From Octopus sinensis (taxonomy: Eukaryota): 64,000 nucleotides of DNA. Positions within the stretch are counted from its first letter, which is position 1. Every line of letters starts with the position of its first letter. The stretch covers positions 63,364,001 through 63,428,000 of the forward strand of contig NC_043000.1 of NCBI RefSeq assembly GCF_006345805.1, read 5' to 3'. This document shows, piece after piece, positions 1 to 12,660 of the stretch. The notes under the pieces were generated by a model. That model did no database searches, was not told the DNA's origin, and saw nothing but the letters and a program-made list of their open reading frames with translations. The translations under genes and the position numbers were made by a program.

Positions 1-54
1 CATCAAAATCTGTGAAACAGTCCATCCAACCTTATGATAGTACTTTATAGGCAT

Positions 55-230
55 CACTGTGTGATTGGGCTGCTTTGCAACCACATGATTTCAAGTTCCA
101 TCCCACGACATAGCACCTTGGACAAGTGTCTTCTGCTGTGGCCTTGGGTCAATCATTGCCTTGTGGACAAAATTTAGTGGATGGAACCCGAATGGAAACC
201 TGTCCTATCCTATACATTTGTAGCTACACA
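55..230 (+). mobile_element. Octopus-type tRNA-derived SINE fragment
   Basis: Degenerate copy of the 'gcaccttgggcaagtgtcttct...gccttgtg...ggaaac' SINE body that recurs through the window (e.g. 10.2, 44.0 and 48.5 kb); ends in (CA)n. Confidence 0.6.
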
Positions 231-238
231 CACACACT

Positions 239-483
239 TAGTAAAAATGAAAATTATTTCTGGATGGAAATTTTTATGTTCTATTAATGCATTGTAACAT
301 GTTTCTACACACTACGTCTGTTTGTGACTATATTCTCACATCCATAGGAAATTATTAAATATTTAATATTCTATGGATGTGAGAATATGGTCACAAACAG
401 ACATGCGGTATGCAGAAATGTAAGTTGCAATGCACTAATAAAATATAAACATTTCCGTCCACAAATAATTTTCATTATTAGTA
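239..483. repeat. Foldback/MITE-like inverted repeat (~110-bp arms)
   Basis: 'gtctgtttgtgactatattctcacatccatag' pairs with 'ctatggatgtgagaatatggtcacaaacagac'; complementarity extends outward to ~239 and ~483. Confidence 0.8.
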
Positions 484-1127
484 TGATTGCCTTAAGCTGT
501 AAGGAGTTCTGCAGATATATCCATCCGATAGGATTACTCTGAAAGATAGGAATAACAGACAGTAACTGATGACGGGATGCATAAGAGCTCTTACAAGTGC
601 ATTTGGAGGCATTTGCCCAAAACAAACTGATATATATATATATTGTTGTATTTCGGGATAGTTTTTTTTTTTTTCTTTGTCAAATAAACACACGTACAAT
701 ATATTTTTTCTTCACTCATTTATTACTGTTCTTATTTTATTATTTTAACTCATGTCCATTGAACAGAAATCTTTCATCACACATCTGTGACCTCTTCAGC
801 GACACTTTTCTTTTTTGTGTGTTCTTGCTCCACTTGCTCCATTTTGCTCTTCTAAGATTATATATATATATATAGGCATGTATATTTGTGAGTGTTTCCA
901 CATTGTCATCATGAGTGAAAATGATGACAATGCTTATGTCTGTTGTAAACAAAATGCCCAGTCACTACATGGTTCGTTCATGAGAAAACCAGTGGAATAA
1001 GAGACATTTTTCTTGAAACACAAGCAAGAGTTGGTGACAGGAAGTACATTCAGAAAACTGCCTGAATAACTCTCATCCTACCCATGTAAGCATAGAAAAC
1101 AATGGATATACAAAAATTATGTATATA

Positions 1128-1995
1128 CAGGGTGTGGTAAATAATCTGGCATCTAAATTACGCAAAAATGAAAATAACACTGACATCTCATTTTAACAGA
1201 TATATTTACCAAATTTACATAAAAATATCTTGAAATACTTAACAGTAACTTTATTCAAAATGAAACTGCCATTGGCTTCAACCACAGCCCCCAGACGACT
1301 TCAGAATTGCCTGCAACTCTTCTGGAAGGCCTCCTTGTTTAAGTTGGTGCATGCTGCCATAATTCTTGCCTTCAGTTCATCTTTGGTACTCACTCAACTG
1401 TGCCCCACACATAATAATCAAGGGGGTTGAAGTCTGGGATGTTAGGTGGCCAGATGTTAGGGGTGATGTGGTTACAGAAAATGACTGACAGCCATAACTG
1501 GGTTCTCCTGCTTGTGTAGCATGGTGCAGAGTCCTGTTGCCAGACATAGGGTCTTCTAGCAGCCACCCTCTTGACCCAGGGCAGCACTATCTCCTCCAGG
1601 CACTTGATGTAGCCTCCATGTTGAGTCTGAGGTTATGTGGGAAGATGAATGGAAGCATAACATTGCCATCACTAGAGATCACTCCAAACACCATGATGTT
1701 GACTGGATGTTTGATTTTTATCATTCGTGATACAGGTCCACAGATTGCACTGTCCTCAGATTGACACCCAAACACTCTGAAACATTCATATTGGAGCTTC
1801 CGGTGTGAATGTCAAGCAGTACAGCATGTTATTTACAAATTTATGGCAGAGTGAATTGCATCATGGTGCTGTTTTTCTCACAGACGGTGCCCAACTGACC
1901 CTACTATACTTTGTAGTCTACAAAATCAAAAACAAACAACGTGCATGTGCAAAATTCAAAATATAAAATGGTGGCAATTTACTCATCACACACTG
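1128..1995 (-). mobile_element. Internally deleted Tc1/mariner element, maT (DD37D) type
   Basis: Minus-strand peptides KHPVNIMVFGVISSDG and WQQDSAPC...WPPNIPDFNPLDYYVWG, with 37 residues between the last two Asp. Ends are TA-CAGGGTGTG and CACACTG-TA. The N-terminal HTH is fused directly to the core. Confidence 0.8.
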
Positions 1996-2316
1996 TATAT
2001 ATATATATATATCTGCACCTAGTCACTGTTGGACAGGCAACATTGTCAGTCAAAGTGATGACAGATTCCCAAGTAATGTCCTATTCTGGCAACTGGCAGA
2101 TATATATATATATATATATATAATATATATATATATATGTTCTGGCAACTAGCAGACTATCAAAACATTGGTAGACCCAAACTGAGATTAAAGGACAGTC
2201 AAACAAAACATAAATGATCTATCTCTCCTGACTGACAAGTGGTACCAGCTAGTCAGTGATCGCTCTATCTGATGAAATTTGATTCACAAAGTCAGCTACA
2301 ATCATTAATAATGGAC

Positions 2317-2625
2317 AGTAGGGTGGAGCAAAAAAAGGTACTTTTTACACAGATTTTCGAAATATGTTTTCAAGAATATATTTTTTATAGTGAAATCCTT
2401 TAAAAACAACTGTGTTAAAATCTGAAGTTCTTAAATTTACATCTTCAGGCTCTGCAGCCCACTTGAAATTTTGGATAATGAGCAAAAAAAATCAAATTAT
2501 AACACATTTACCGTTCCTCATTTTATTTTTTACATTCATTGATACAAATTGATTTTCTTTTGCAATATCCTCTAAAAAAACAAGAGTGTTAAAATCTCAA
2601 GCTCTAAAATTTATATCTTCATTAC
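2317..2625. mobile_element. Probable non-autonomous DNA transposon fragment
   Basis: Starts 'tagggtggagcaaaaaaagg'; carries a ~45-bp internal direct repeat ('gtgttaaaatct..agttct.aaattta.atcttca') at ~2404 and ~2580. Confidence 0.35.
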
Positions 2626-3519
2626 TGCTAGTGTTAATAAGAAAGCAAACGCTAAAAGGTCCCTATTGGATCTAAAGAAAACATGCTGTTGTTGTATATC
2701 CCCAGGTTTGCTCTGACTGAGCAGACCAACGACATCCTAGCCTGAACTCTCCAGTCTCTTTACAAATATATTGAGCCACATCATCTAATATATTCTTTCC
2801 TTTTTTAAAAAAACATACAAGTACTTAAAGTGAACATGTAACAAAGAAATTCAGAATATTATAAGTATCTCCATGGAAACAGAAGAATGAAGGTGTTAGA
2901 ACTGAATATATATGTTGTAGCACTACAGGTATCCTTGGTTATAGATTTGTGTCATCAAATCAAAAAGGTGCTCAATGAATTGGAAGACAGAGCATTTTGC
3001 TATATTTTTCAGATTGATAACAACTTACATCCTGAATCCTGACAATTCAAGAAATAGTTAAGCTGTCTCCTTGATGAAACATCTTGTAAGTTGTTAGTAA
3101 TTTTGATGAAATAATATCTGTGTGTGTGTGTGTGTGTGTGCTTTGTGCATGCATGTACATGTACGTGTGTGTATCAGGAATCTTGTAACTGAATGAACAT
3201 TTATTTACTACCTTATTCATTGTTCTGCACTGGATAGTTATGTAAGAAATTACTTCTTAGAGTGATACAGCAATTGTCTGAGAGAAAGCCATTGAAACCG
3301 TCATAACAGAATATTTGTAGTTCCAGACAGCTTTTATGAAATTCCAATAACGAGGTATAGAAAAAAAAACCAATGTTTTTTTTATAGTTTCTTTTCTTTG
3401 GGGGGGGTGTCTTCTTCTTTTCCTTGCATTTTGTAGTTCTATAGTAATTTCCACCGATTTTAAGACATACCAATACAATACTTCTATTAGAACCCTATTT
3501 TCCATATAATGCTAAAGAG

Positions 3520-3724
3520 TTAACCATATCTGCCCAAAATATTCTACCTCTGGTATGTTCCAACTGATCAGATTCAGCTTCTCCCACCTACCCTACAATG
3601 ACATTGTAAAAATAAACAATCACATTGAAATCTCAGAATTACAAGATGATATATGGTTAATTCAAAACAATGCAAATAATTAAGCATTACATTTAACAGA
3701 GTAATCTGAATGCAAAAGGGTTAA
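3520..3724. mobile_element. piggyBac-type MITE
   Basis: TTAA-bounded, ends 'aatgcaaaagggttaa'; homologous to copies at 41.7, 50.5 and 53.2 kb. Confidence 0.6.
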
Positions 3725-4217
3725 ACCCAAGTGGGTTCTCAACTACTTGAACTATGATCTAAGACATTCAAGCCATAACAATCAGTTTTATTTTCAAAAT
3801 TAGTGTATGACGGGCTACACTATAAAATGTTGACATGCTGAGGTTGATTTAGCTGTTATCTCTAGCAGATCGACTGACCATGTAGTAGCTCTGTTGATGT
3901 CTCCAAGAAAGCCTTGTTATAATTTGAAAGAACAGTGTTCATTTTTTTAAAGATTAATTTCTTGATTACAAACATTTTCTTTTTTTTTTGTGATTTAGCA
4001 CAGCAAAATAACAAGTTAATAAATAAATAGTAAAATATTGAAAAATATAAATCCATCAAGCATAAAATATCTGTAAGTCAACACAGTCAATATGTAATAT
4101 TAATTTTTTAAAAAATAACATGACAACTATATAAAATGCAGTTGTTTATTTATAAATGAAAAGGGTACAATAAATGAAATACAATTAATCAACAATGATA
4201 AAATCTATAAATCTTTT

Positions 4218-4832
4218 GGATCTTTTCCTTTTGAACGGCACTTTGTAACATAATTTCTAGGTAACTAAAAAGTTTTAAACTTCATATACTGGTAGAATGT
4301 GTTTATAAAACATCATTTTCTCTTGGCTTTATTGAGAAAATTCTATAGGTTGTAAGATATTTCGTCTTTAATTTCGAGCATTTCGGTAATTTTAACCAAT
4401 CGCGTATGTCCATTTAGGTAAATAACATTCTGTGCATAATGAATATGTCCCTCCTTTAAGAAACAGATTGGGTTTATTTACATTTGTGAAGAAAAAAATA
4501 CCCTTCCCCAACCCCTAACCCTAACTCTAACACTAAATCTAAAATAGATTGAAATGCATTAGATCGATACTAGGGCCATAATTATGGATGACATTTTCAT
4601 TTGACACTGCTAGAAAAAAATCCCATTTTCCATAGCGGTGTCGTATGAAATTATCACCCCTAATTATAACCCTAGTATCGATCTATTGCATTTCAATCTA
4701 TTTTAGATTTAGGGTTAGGGTTAGGGGTGGGGGAAGGGTATCTTTTTTCTTCACAAATGTAAATAAACCCAATCTGTTTCTTAAAGGAGGGACATATTCA
4801 TTATGTACAGAATGTTATTTACCTAAATGGAC
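4218..4832. mobile_element. (TAACCC)-containing non-autonomous DNA element plus an inverted partial copy, forming a ~200-bp-arm hairpin
   Basis: Arms 4408-4612 and 4633-4832 are reverse complements. The 5' end 'ggatcttttccttttgaacggca' resembles the reverse complement of the 3' end of the copy at 59.2-59.6 kb. Confidence 0.75.
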
Positions 4833-6039
4833 GTGGAAAGCAGTATTATATACAAACCAGTCTTTTGTTGAGGAGTGTCATGTTTGAAACTATTTACCAT
4901 TGAGATATGTTAAGTTCATTCAGGCACTGTGTGATTTGCAGAAAATACTCATTCAATCTTTTTGGTTTAAAAGGGTTAAATGTATATCATTTAAACATTT
5001 CATTGTTTATGTCCAATTACTTTGAATATTGATTTTTCATGTGTCCTACTTCTAATTTTTGCAGACAATATCACTTTTATACTTTATTTGACACGTGAGT
5101 AGAACTCATATCTGGAAACCCCGTGACATACTTAGATTGTTGAAAAAAAAATCGATAATAGGGTCCTTCCAATGGATTCTTCTATCTACATATTACTAAT
5201 ATTTTATTTAAACAACCCAAGGGAAATAACCCATACCACCTGCAGATTTTAGCAAAGCTATCAATATTTGATTCTCATGATCAGCCAACCTAATTCTATA
5301 TTTCACAACTCAGTTTTGAACTGCTAAACATTATTATTGCACTTCCTTAATTTGAATCTTAAACATTAAAAACTTCATTCATACATTTCTATACATACAT
5401 ATTATTTTGAATGCCCATTACGCCGATAATTCTGCATTCTTACAGTTACACTTTTTCCATGACAGTAGATAATTTTTTTATTCCACAATTTGTAGTGGCT
5501 TCATGCAAGCATAGCATGAATAGTGCTCTTCTCACAGTAAACCAATAGTTTTTCTGTGAATGACAGCAGTTATACATCTCCCAGATGCCTTCGCTAAGCA
5601 TTTGAAAGATACACCCAAATATAATTTGTAGAACTTTATACATGCTCTATTTCGGTTGAGCATTCTGTATCTAGTTCTGAAAATTATGTTTTGTAAACGA
5701 CAGACTATGCTGATAATCTTGCAAATATTTGCATGTTCATATACGTAAATATTAACAAGTGAAACGATGGTACATAGGTAATCATCTTATATTTCGCATA
5801 TTTTCATTTGTCTTGCTTATTTTTACATTTTGGTTTTTTGCTGAGATTTTTCTTGAGAACACATTCTTCATGGTAATGATGATTTGACGTCTACGTTTAG
5901 CATATAGAGTGTCCACTTTAGTGGTCATTCTTCTCAATTTTGTATGTAACACAATTTTTAATCTTCGGATTTTTTAAATATGCTAAGCCACTGGTTTTAA
6001 TTGATTAATATCAATTTCTACCCTTATTTAATTTTATAT

Positions 6040-6900
6040 ATAATGTAGATATATGTTCCCACCGTTTTTTTTTTTTATTTTAAGTTTTTTAAAAGGTTTA
6101 ATACAAAAATAACTAATTAATCAATAATATATTCACCCTTGTTGTTAACAACTTCTACCCAACATTCAACAAGATTTTCAATATTTTGTTGGTAGAAATC
6201 AGTCGATTTCAACTCAAAAAATTGATCCAATCAAACTCTCAATTCTGCATCAGTATTGAACAAAACTCTGTGCATAGCATTTCAAAGAGATCAAAAGAGG
6301 TAGAAATCCATTAGTTCTAAATCAGGAGAGTACGACAGGTGTGGCAGCAAATTGGTGATATGAGGGCAGATGTTGCTGTGCAGCAGAAGAACTCCATGCT
6401 GCTGACTAGGTCTTTTCTTTTGAATAGCCATGATGAGTGTTTCTATCTATTGAACATAGAGTTCCGCATTGACCGTCTGGTTCCATTCAAGCAGTTTGTA
6501 ATGGATAATCCCTTCCCAGTCCCACCATATGCACAACATCATTTTATGTGGATGAGGATCTTGTTTCACACGCGATGTCGCTTGTTTACCAGGGCTAAGC
6601 CATTCCTTACGCTGTATCATACTGATGCACAGGCACCATTTTACATCGCCAGTAACAATTCAGTAAAGAAATCATTGCTTGTGTCCATGAGGGGAGTGGT
6701 AACAAGCAAGCAAACCAGTAGAGAATGCGGCAAGTTGATTTTTGTTGTTGTCACTTAAAGCATGCAGAACCCATGCTCAATACTTCTGAACCTTTCCCAT
6801 CAAGTGAAGATGCTTCTCAATAGCAGTGTGGGAGCATTCCATTTTCTCAGCCAGTTCCCTTGTCATGTGACAAGAATTTTCATGCAAAAGGTGGTTTAAT
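6040..6900 (-). mobile_element. Decayed mariner (DD34D) transposase, 5'-truncated
   Basis: Minus-strand remnants PHKMMLCIWWDWEGIIHYKLL, LLHSNICPH (HDNARPH-like), an SPDLAP-like region and the C-terminus (N)NKGEYIID; many stops. Confidence 0.8.
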
Positions 6901-6959
6901 CGCTATTCATCAAACTCAAGTGGATGGCCAGAACAAGGTGCGTCTCTGAGGTAAAAATT

Positions 6960-7012
6960 TCCATGCATACATATAGACATATGCATTTATACATAAATGC
7001 ATGCATATATAC

Positions 7013-7063
<51 letters not shown>

Positions 7064-7101
7064 TATATTTATATATACCCATATATACATGCATATACAT
7101 A

Positions 7102-7147
<46 letters not shown>

Positions 7148-7732
7148 ATATATACATGCATATACACATATACAAATATGCATATATACATATATACAAG
7201 CATATATATATGTATATATATGTATCCATACAAGCATATATATATGTTTGTGTATGTATATATATATATATAAATATATGAATATATTTGTGTATATGTA
7301 CATATAAAAACACGTTGTACTGAGATGTAATTCGAAAAAGCCCGCCTATTACATAGATGTGCAAAGGATGAACAATTCTATATGCTACGCTGGATACATT
7401 GGGTGTCCGTCTGGTATGTTGATTTTTGTTCATTTTTTACAAATCTTGAATTATGCTTGCACTGAAGGTTAAAAAGTGCATTTGTGGACTAATTATGAAA
7501 TCATGTGATATGCAGCTGAATTCTGTTTTTAAAGGGCTCGCTTCAAGAGTTGCATTCCCTCGTATTCAATACCATGTGTTTATTTATTTTGGTAGTTCTG
7601 ACTTTAAAGAGTCCCTCCTAGTGTGTGGAATTTATGTATAGTAATGTCCTCAATATAAATAAATATATATAAATATATGCATATATATATATATATATAA
7701 AATGTATATATGTCAATATATTTATATATATA

Positions 7733-7765
<33 letters not shown>

Positions 7766-7902
7766 TGTATATATGTCAATATATTTATATATATGTATAT
7801 GTATATATATACATATATATATTGTATATATGTCAATATATTTATATATATGTATATGTATATATATATACATATATATATTGTATATATGTCAATATAT
7901 TT

Positions 7903-7942
<40 letters not shown>

Positions 7943-8036
7943 TGTATATATGTCAATATATTTATATATATGTATATATATATATATAATATATATATAT
8001 ATATATACATATATATAATGTATATCTATATATATA

Positions 8037-8081
<45 letters not shown>

Positions 8082-8170
8082 GTCAATATATTTATATATA
8101 TATATGTATATATGTGTATATATATATATATATATATGTGTATGTATATTTATATGTATATATGTGCTTA
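6960..8170. repeat. (TA)n-rich compound microsatellite blocks
   Basis: Two long TA/TATG arrays (~6960-7305 and ~7645-8170); the second has a higher-order 'ttgtatatatgtcaatatatttatatatatgta' unit. Confidence 0.95.
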
Positions 8171-8832
8171 GATATATGCTTAGAACAACTTACATTGATC
8201 AGTTTTAAAATTATATATTAAAATGTATATTAGTATAGGCCTTAGTGTTTTTTACCTTTTCAAAGTTAATAAAGCAGCAAAGAGCGAAATAAGCAAAAGT
8301 AAAATTAATTGACGATATTCAAATTTTACAGTTAAAATATATAGCAATTCAAATGTTAATAATTCCACATTAGTGTTTCACTCAGAGAAAAATGAAGACT
8401 GGAAGATGGAGACAAAAATAAAGAAAGGTAATGACATTATGAATTAAATTTGTTTGTTTCATCCACAATATTTAAAAGACATAGAGAAAAGCTTTCAGGT
8501 ACATCGATACACAAATATAAGATGGACTCTCCCATCGAAGATAATGTATGAGTGTACAGTTTTTGTGAAACAACATGCACAAATGATTTCATTTCACCAA
8601 ATGAATGTGCTGTATATTATCTCACTCCCTCCTTCAAATGACATTGCCTGAATAGGTGCACAATGTACGATGTGTCAGATGTTGAAGTGATTGCAGAGCA
8701 ACATCAGCTTAAGTATTTTGCTCATCAACACCCCACACCATCCAGTATAGGAACTGAAACCACAATCTCACAATTGTGAGTGCAACACCCTAACCACTAG
8801 GCTATGTGCCCTCACATACAAACATATCTATA

Positions 8833-9660
8833 TCATCATCATCATCATCATCATTTAGCGTCCGTTTTCCATGCTAGCATGGGTTGGACGGTTCAACTGG
8901 GGTCTGGGGAGCCCGAAGGCTGCACCAGGCCAGTCAGATCTGGCAGTGTTTCTACAGCTGGATGCCCTTCCTAACGCCAACCACTCCGAGAGTGTAGTGG
9001 GTGATTTTATGTGCCACCGACACAGGTGCCAGACGAGGCTGGCGAACGGCCACGCTCGGATGGTGTTTTTATGTGCCACCGACACAGGTGCCAGACGAGG
9101 CTGGCAGACGGCCACGCTCGGATGGTGTTTTTATGTGCCACCGACACAGGTGCCAGATGAGGCTGGCGGACGGCCACGATCGGATGGTGTTTGTTACGTC
9201 CCCAAAGCACGGAGGCCAGTCTATGCGTCTATCTATATGTACATACATATTATCATCATCATCGTTTAATGCCTGACTTCCATGCTAGCATGGGTTGGAC
9301 GGTTTGACCGGGGTCTGGGAAGCCAGGAGGCTGCACCAGGCTCCAGTCTGATCTGGCAATGTTTCTACAGCTGGATGCCCTTCCTAACGCCAACCACTCC
9401 GTGAGTGTAGTGGGTGCTTTTTACGTGCGACCAGCACAGGTGCCAGGGGAGGCTGGCAATGGCCACAATCAGTTGGTGCTTTTTACGTGTCACCAGCACG
9501 GAAGCCAGTCAAGGCGGTGCTGGCATTGGCCATGTATGGATGGTGCTTTTAACGTGCCACCAGCACAGGTATCGCAACTACAATTTCCTTTTTTTTTTTT
9601 TTTTATGTTGATGTACTTGACTCAATAGGTCTCCTCAAGCACAGTAGGCCGTCCTGCAAT
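8833..9660 (-). mobile_element. Two adjacent RTE-LINE 3'-tail copies
   Basis: Both begin with (CAT)n and are reverse complements of the RTE 3' UTR at 31.0-31.55 kb; a ~65-bp internal tandem repeat lies at 9000-9200. Confidence 0.75.
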
Positions 9661-9944
9661 CCAAGACACTTTGGATGGGCTGGGGCTTCTATGTGAAGCT
9701 GGTGCAAGAAACAGCCATGTATGTAAATATTTACCAGAGGTTACATGCTGCTGAAGAAGTCCAAAAAAGGCAGAAATGCACATCTGGCATTCCCATTACT
9801 ACTGCAGGACATTTTTCCTGTGCTATACTAATATATTTTGGACTGAAAAATGGAGTTTTCCAATTGTGGCACTTGGCAAGATGTGGAGAAGGTGGACACT
9901 TTCCATCAAAGATTGTTTGGAGTGATGAAGCTACATTAAAATTA

Positions 9945-10102
9945 CCATATTTTAACATGTATAAGGAGCCCTTTTTTGCCAAAAATTAGGTTAAAAAATA
10001 TGGAAGTTTCTTATACATAATATTAAAATCCCCTACAAAATCTTTTTTCCAAATTTTGAGCCCCAAAAATTATGGGGTTCCTTATACATGTTAAAATACA
10101 GT
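9945..10102. mobile_element. pogo/Tigger-like MITE
   Basis: TIRs 'taccatattttaacatgtataagg' and 'ccttatacatgttaaaatacagta'. Confidence 0.7.
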
Positions 10103-10189
10103 AAATAGCTCAATTAACTGCCACAAGTGATCCTATAGCTGACCTGAGAATCCACATATTATGGAACAATACCATGTTAATTAACAAGC

Positions 10190-10560
10190 AGGTGAGGCTG
10201 TGTGTTAAGAACTATGCTTTCCAAACCACATGGTTCTAGGTTCAGTCCCACTGCATGGAACCTTGGGTCTTCTACGATAACTGCAGGCTGACCAAAGCCT
10301 TCTGAATGGATTTGGGAGATGGTAACCAAAAAAAGCCTGTTGTAATTGTGTGTGTTTGTATCTGTGTCTGTCCCCCATCACTGCTCAACAACTAATGTTG
10401 GTGTGTTTATGTCCCTGTAACTTAATAGTTTAGCAAAAGATACCAATAGAATAAGAACAAGACTTTAAAAAAAAAGAACCAGAGCCAATTCATTCAGCTG
10501 AAATTCTTCAAGGCAGTGCCCCAACATAGCCACAGTCTAATGACTGAAACATGTAAAAGA
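10190..10560 (+). mobile_element. Octopus-type SINE (near full length)
   Basis: tRNA-like head 'gctgtgtgttaagaa...ggttctaggttcagtcccactgc', conserved body and tail 'gcagtgcccca.catagccacagtctaatgactgaaac'. Confidence 0.75.
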
Positions 10561-10956
10561 GAGCAGTTACATTATACCACTAAAAGTTTTTTTAATGGGG
10601 GTACTTAAAAGATAAAGTTTGCGGTACAAAACCAATAACAGTAGAAGAATTGAGGGAGGCTATCAAACAAGAATGTGCATCAATACTGAAAGAAATGTTT
10701 CTTCTTTGCAATTCCATTGCTTTGCAATATCAGTAGAGCCTGGACCAGAAAAGATCAAGTTAAAAGCAGATGTCCATAAAAAAATGTTAAACTCTGTCTG
10801 TAGATTCAATTAAATTTTGAAAATGAACTGTATTTTAATGAACACTGACTTTAAAATTATTAAATAAGTGTATCCTTTTTTTGGGGCGACACCCTGTAAA
10901 TCTACATGAATATCGTGTGTGTATATGTATGTGTGTGTGTATTATAAATTTATGTT

Positions 10957-11005
<49 letters not shown>

Positions 11006-11940
11006 AATAATGAGAATGAGTGCTCAGCACTGCATTGGTGGATCCTTTATTTGTGGATTAAGGCTACCATTGGCGACAAACACTGATGTTCCATGTGGTT
11101 GGCTTGACAATTGTTAAGGGCTTCTTTATCATAAAACCAATGTTAGCCTTAATCTACAAATAAAGTATATATGTATGTGTGTGTGTGTGTACATATATAT
11201 GCATGTATGTATTTACATATAGTAAATTGTCAGTCATCATCATCACCATTTAATGTCTATTTTTTAATCAGGTGGTTCAAAAGGACCCAATGGGTCAGAA
11301 GACTGTGGTTGTGGCTTGTTCTATGGATATATATATATTAAAGATAAAGCAATTATTCATAGTCATTCTAGCCATTTAAAAGCACACTAATTTTTCTTAA
11401 ATTCACTTTTGATTTATTTCATGAGATCCTAAAAGTTTTTGTTCTATAACCCCAACAAAGTGTGTCCCTAATGAATGCCATTAAGTTTCTGATTTCATTC
11501 TGAAACTAAAAGGCATATTTCATTTCATTTAGAATTTTTGCATGCATCATTCAGTACATAAGCTCTACCTGGATAATCTAAATTCAAGTCTTATCCACTT
11601 GAAGTATTTCTCTTGACTTACAATTTGTAATTAGTGTAAACTGTTGTAGTGTGAGTGTATATAGTAAAGAAACAAATTGTTATAGGTTATTATTTAACAA
11701 ATAAAGTCTAGCATGAATACACTTTTTGTTTAAATAAGAATACTTTGTTTTGCATTGCTTATGGCAATGTAAATGTCAGAAATATTCTGATTGATATTTT
11801 AATGAGTAATAACAGGAATAAAGAGTACAGTGTATGTATGTGTATATAATACGAATACATCATCATTCTATGTCTGTTATTCCTTGCTTGTACAGGTTGG
11901 CTGGGTCTACTCCTGCACATCAACTTAATGCTTGTTGTAG

Positions 11941-11997
11941 TCATCTGTCATCTCCTTCGTGAGGTTCCACAGGTTGCAGTGATCCAAATATCATCCC
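11941..11997 (-). CDS. Putative terminal coding exon of an unidentified host gene (GMIFGSLQPVEPHEGDDR*)
   Basis: tag| acceptor at 11998 (weak pyrimidine tract); phase 0 matches the exon at 15461; TGA at 11941-11943. Confidence 0.5.
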   Translation of the reverse strand, partial: GMIFGSLQPVEPHEGDDR

Positions 11998-12499
11998 CTA
12001 TGATTTTGTTTTCATTTCAAAATGAATAAAGTGCACAATATTGATAAGTCAACTACAATGAAATATGATGTCTGTTGCTCTCATGATCACTTCTGGGGTG
12101 ATTTCATTTCAGCTAGTTCTAAAGTATACTGCACTTTTAACACGATACATCTTTAAAGGGATTTTTCCCCCAGACATAAAAAAAAAAGAAAACCCACAGC
12201 TTCTGGCATTTAAACAACACATGTACATTAAGTATGTGCTATTGATAATGTTCACATTACAGAGTTGCTTCTATTGCATAATCTGAATTTCTTCTACATG
12301 TCTTTACTTTCAGTTTTCTCTCTTGTACACTACAACCAATTCATCTTACACCTATATTTTTCCCCTCAATTTACACTGTCACTCATTCACGTTAACATTT
12401 CAATAGGGAATGTTCATCTCATTTCTTCCCATCCTTCATAATCTTCCAGATTTAATACCCATGTCTCACTATCATACAAGATAACACTTCATATAGAAA

Positions 12500-12660
12500 T
12501 ATTGTATAATCTGTCTTTCACTCACAGATAGAATCCCTTTGTTGTCAGCAGAGACGATATCTCCCTAGATTTTTCCAATGCCATTCTTACTCTGGCTACT
12601 TTTTCAAGACATCCACTTCCACTGCTGATCAAGTCATTTAAATAACAGATGCTGTCAACT
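12500..12660 (-). mobile_element. Old RTE-LINE ORF fragment
   Basis: Resembles the VDSFxYLGDxxSxxGGCSE...ARIRIAW region of the RTE at 30.36-30.5 kb. Confidence 0.6.

Larger units (their letters stand above)
9720..10898 (+). mobile_element. Fragmented Tc1-like transposon interrupted by a MITE and a SINE
   Basis: Remnant [16 protein letters not shown] at ~9900; C-terminal remnant YLKDKV...EELREAIKQEC at ~10600; terminus 'cgacaccctg-TA'. Confidence 0.6.

Noticed and set aside
3213-3505. Minus-strand ORFs as host exons
   Set aside because: No recognisable motif and no consistent acceptor/donor pair with an open frame.
4505-4740. (TAACCC)n/(GGGTTA)n as an interstitial telomere or fusion site
   Set aside because: Only 2-3 units, embedded in a dispersed element that also occurs at 59.4 kb.
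6896-8221. Long Y/I/H/C/V-rich ORFs here and at 20.0-20.9, 21.9-22.8, 26.1-27.1, 62.3-62.7 and 63.5-63.8 kb
   Set aside because: They are translations of (TA)n/(CA)n/(TATG)n microsatellites, which lack stop codons in several frames.
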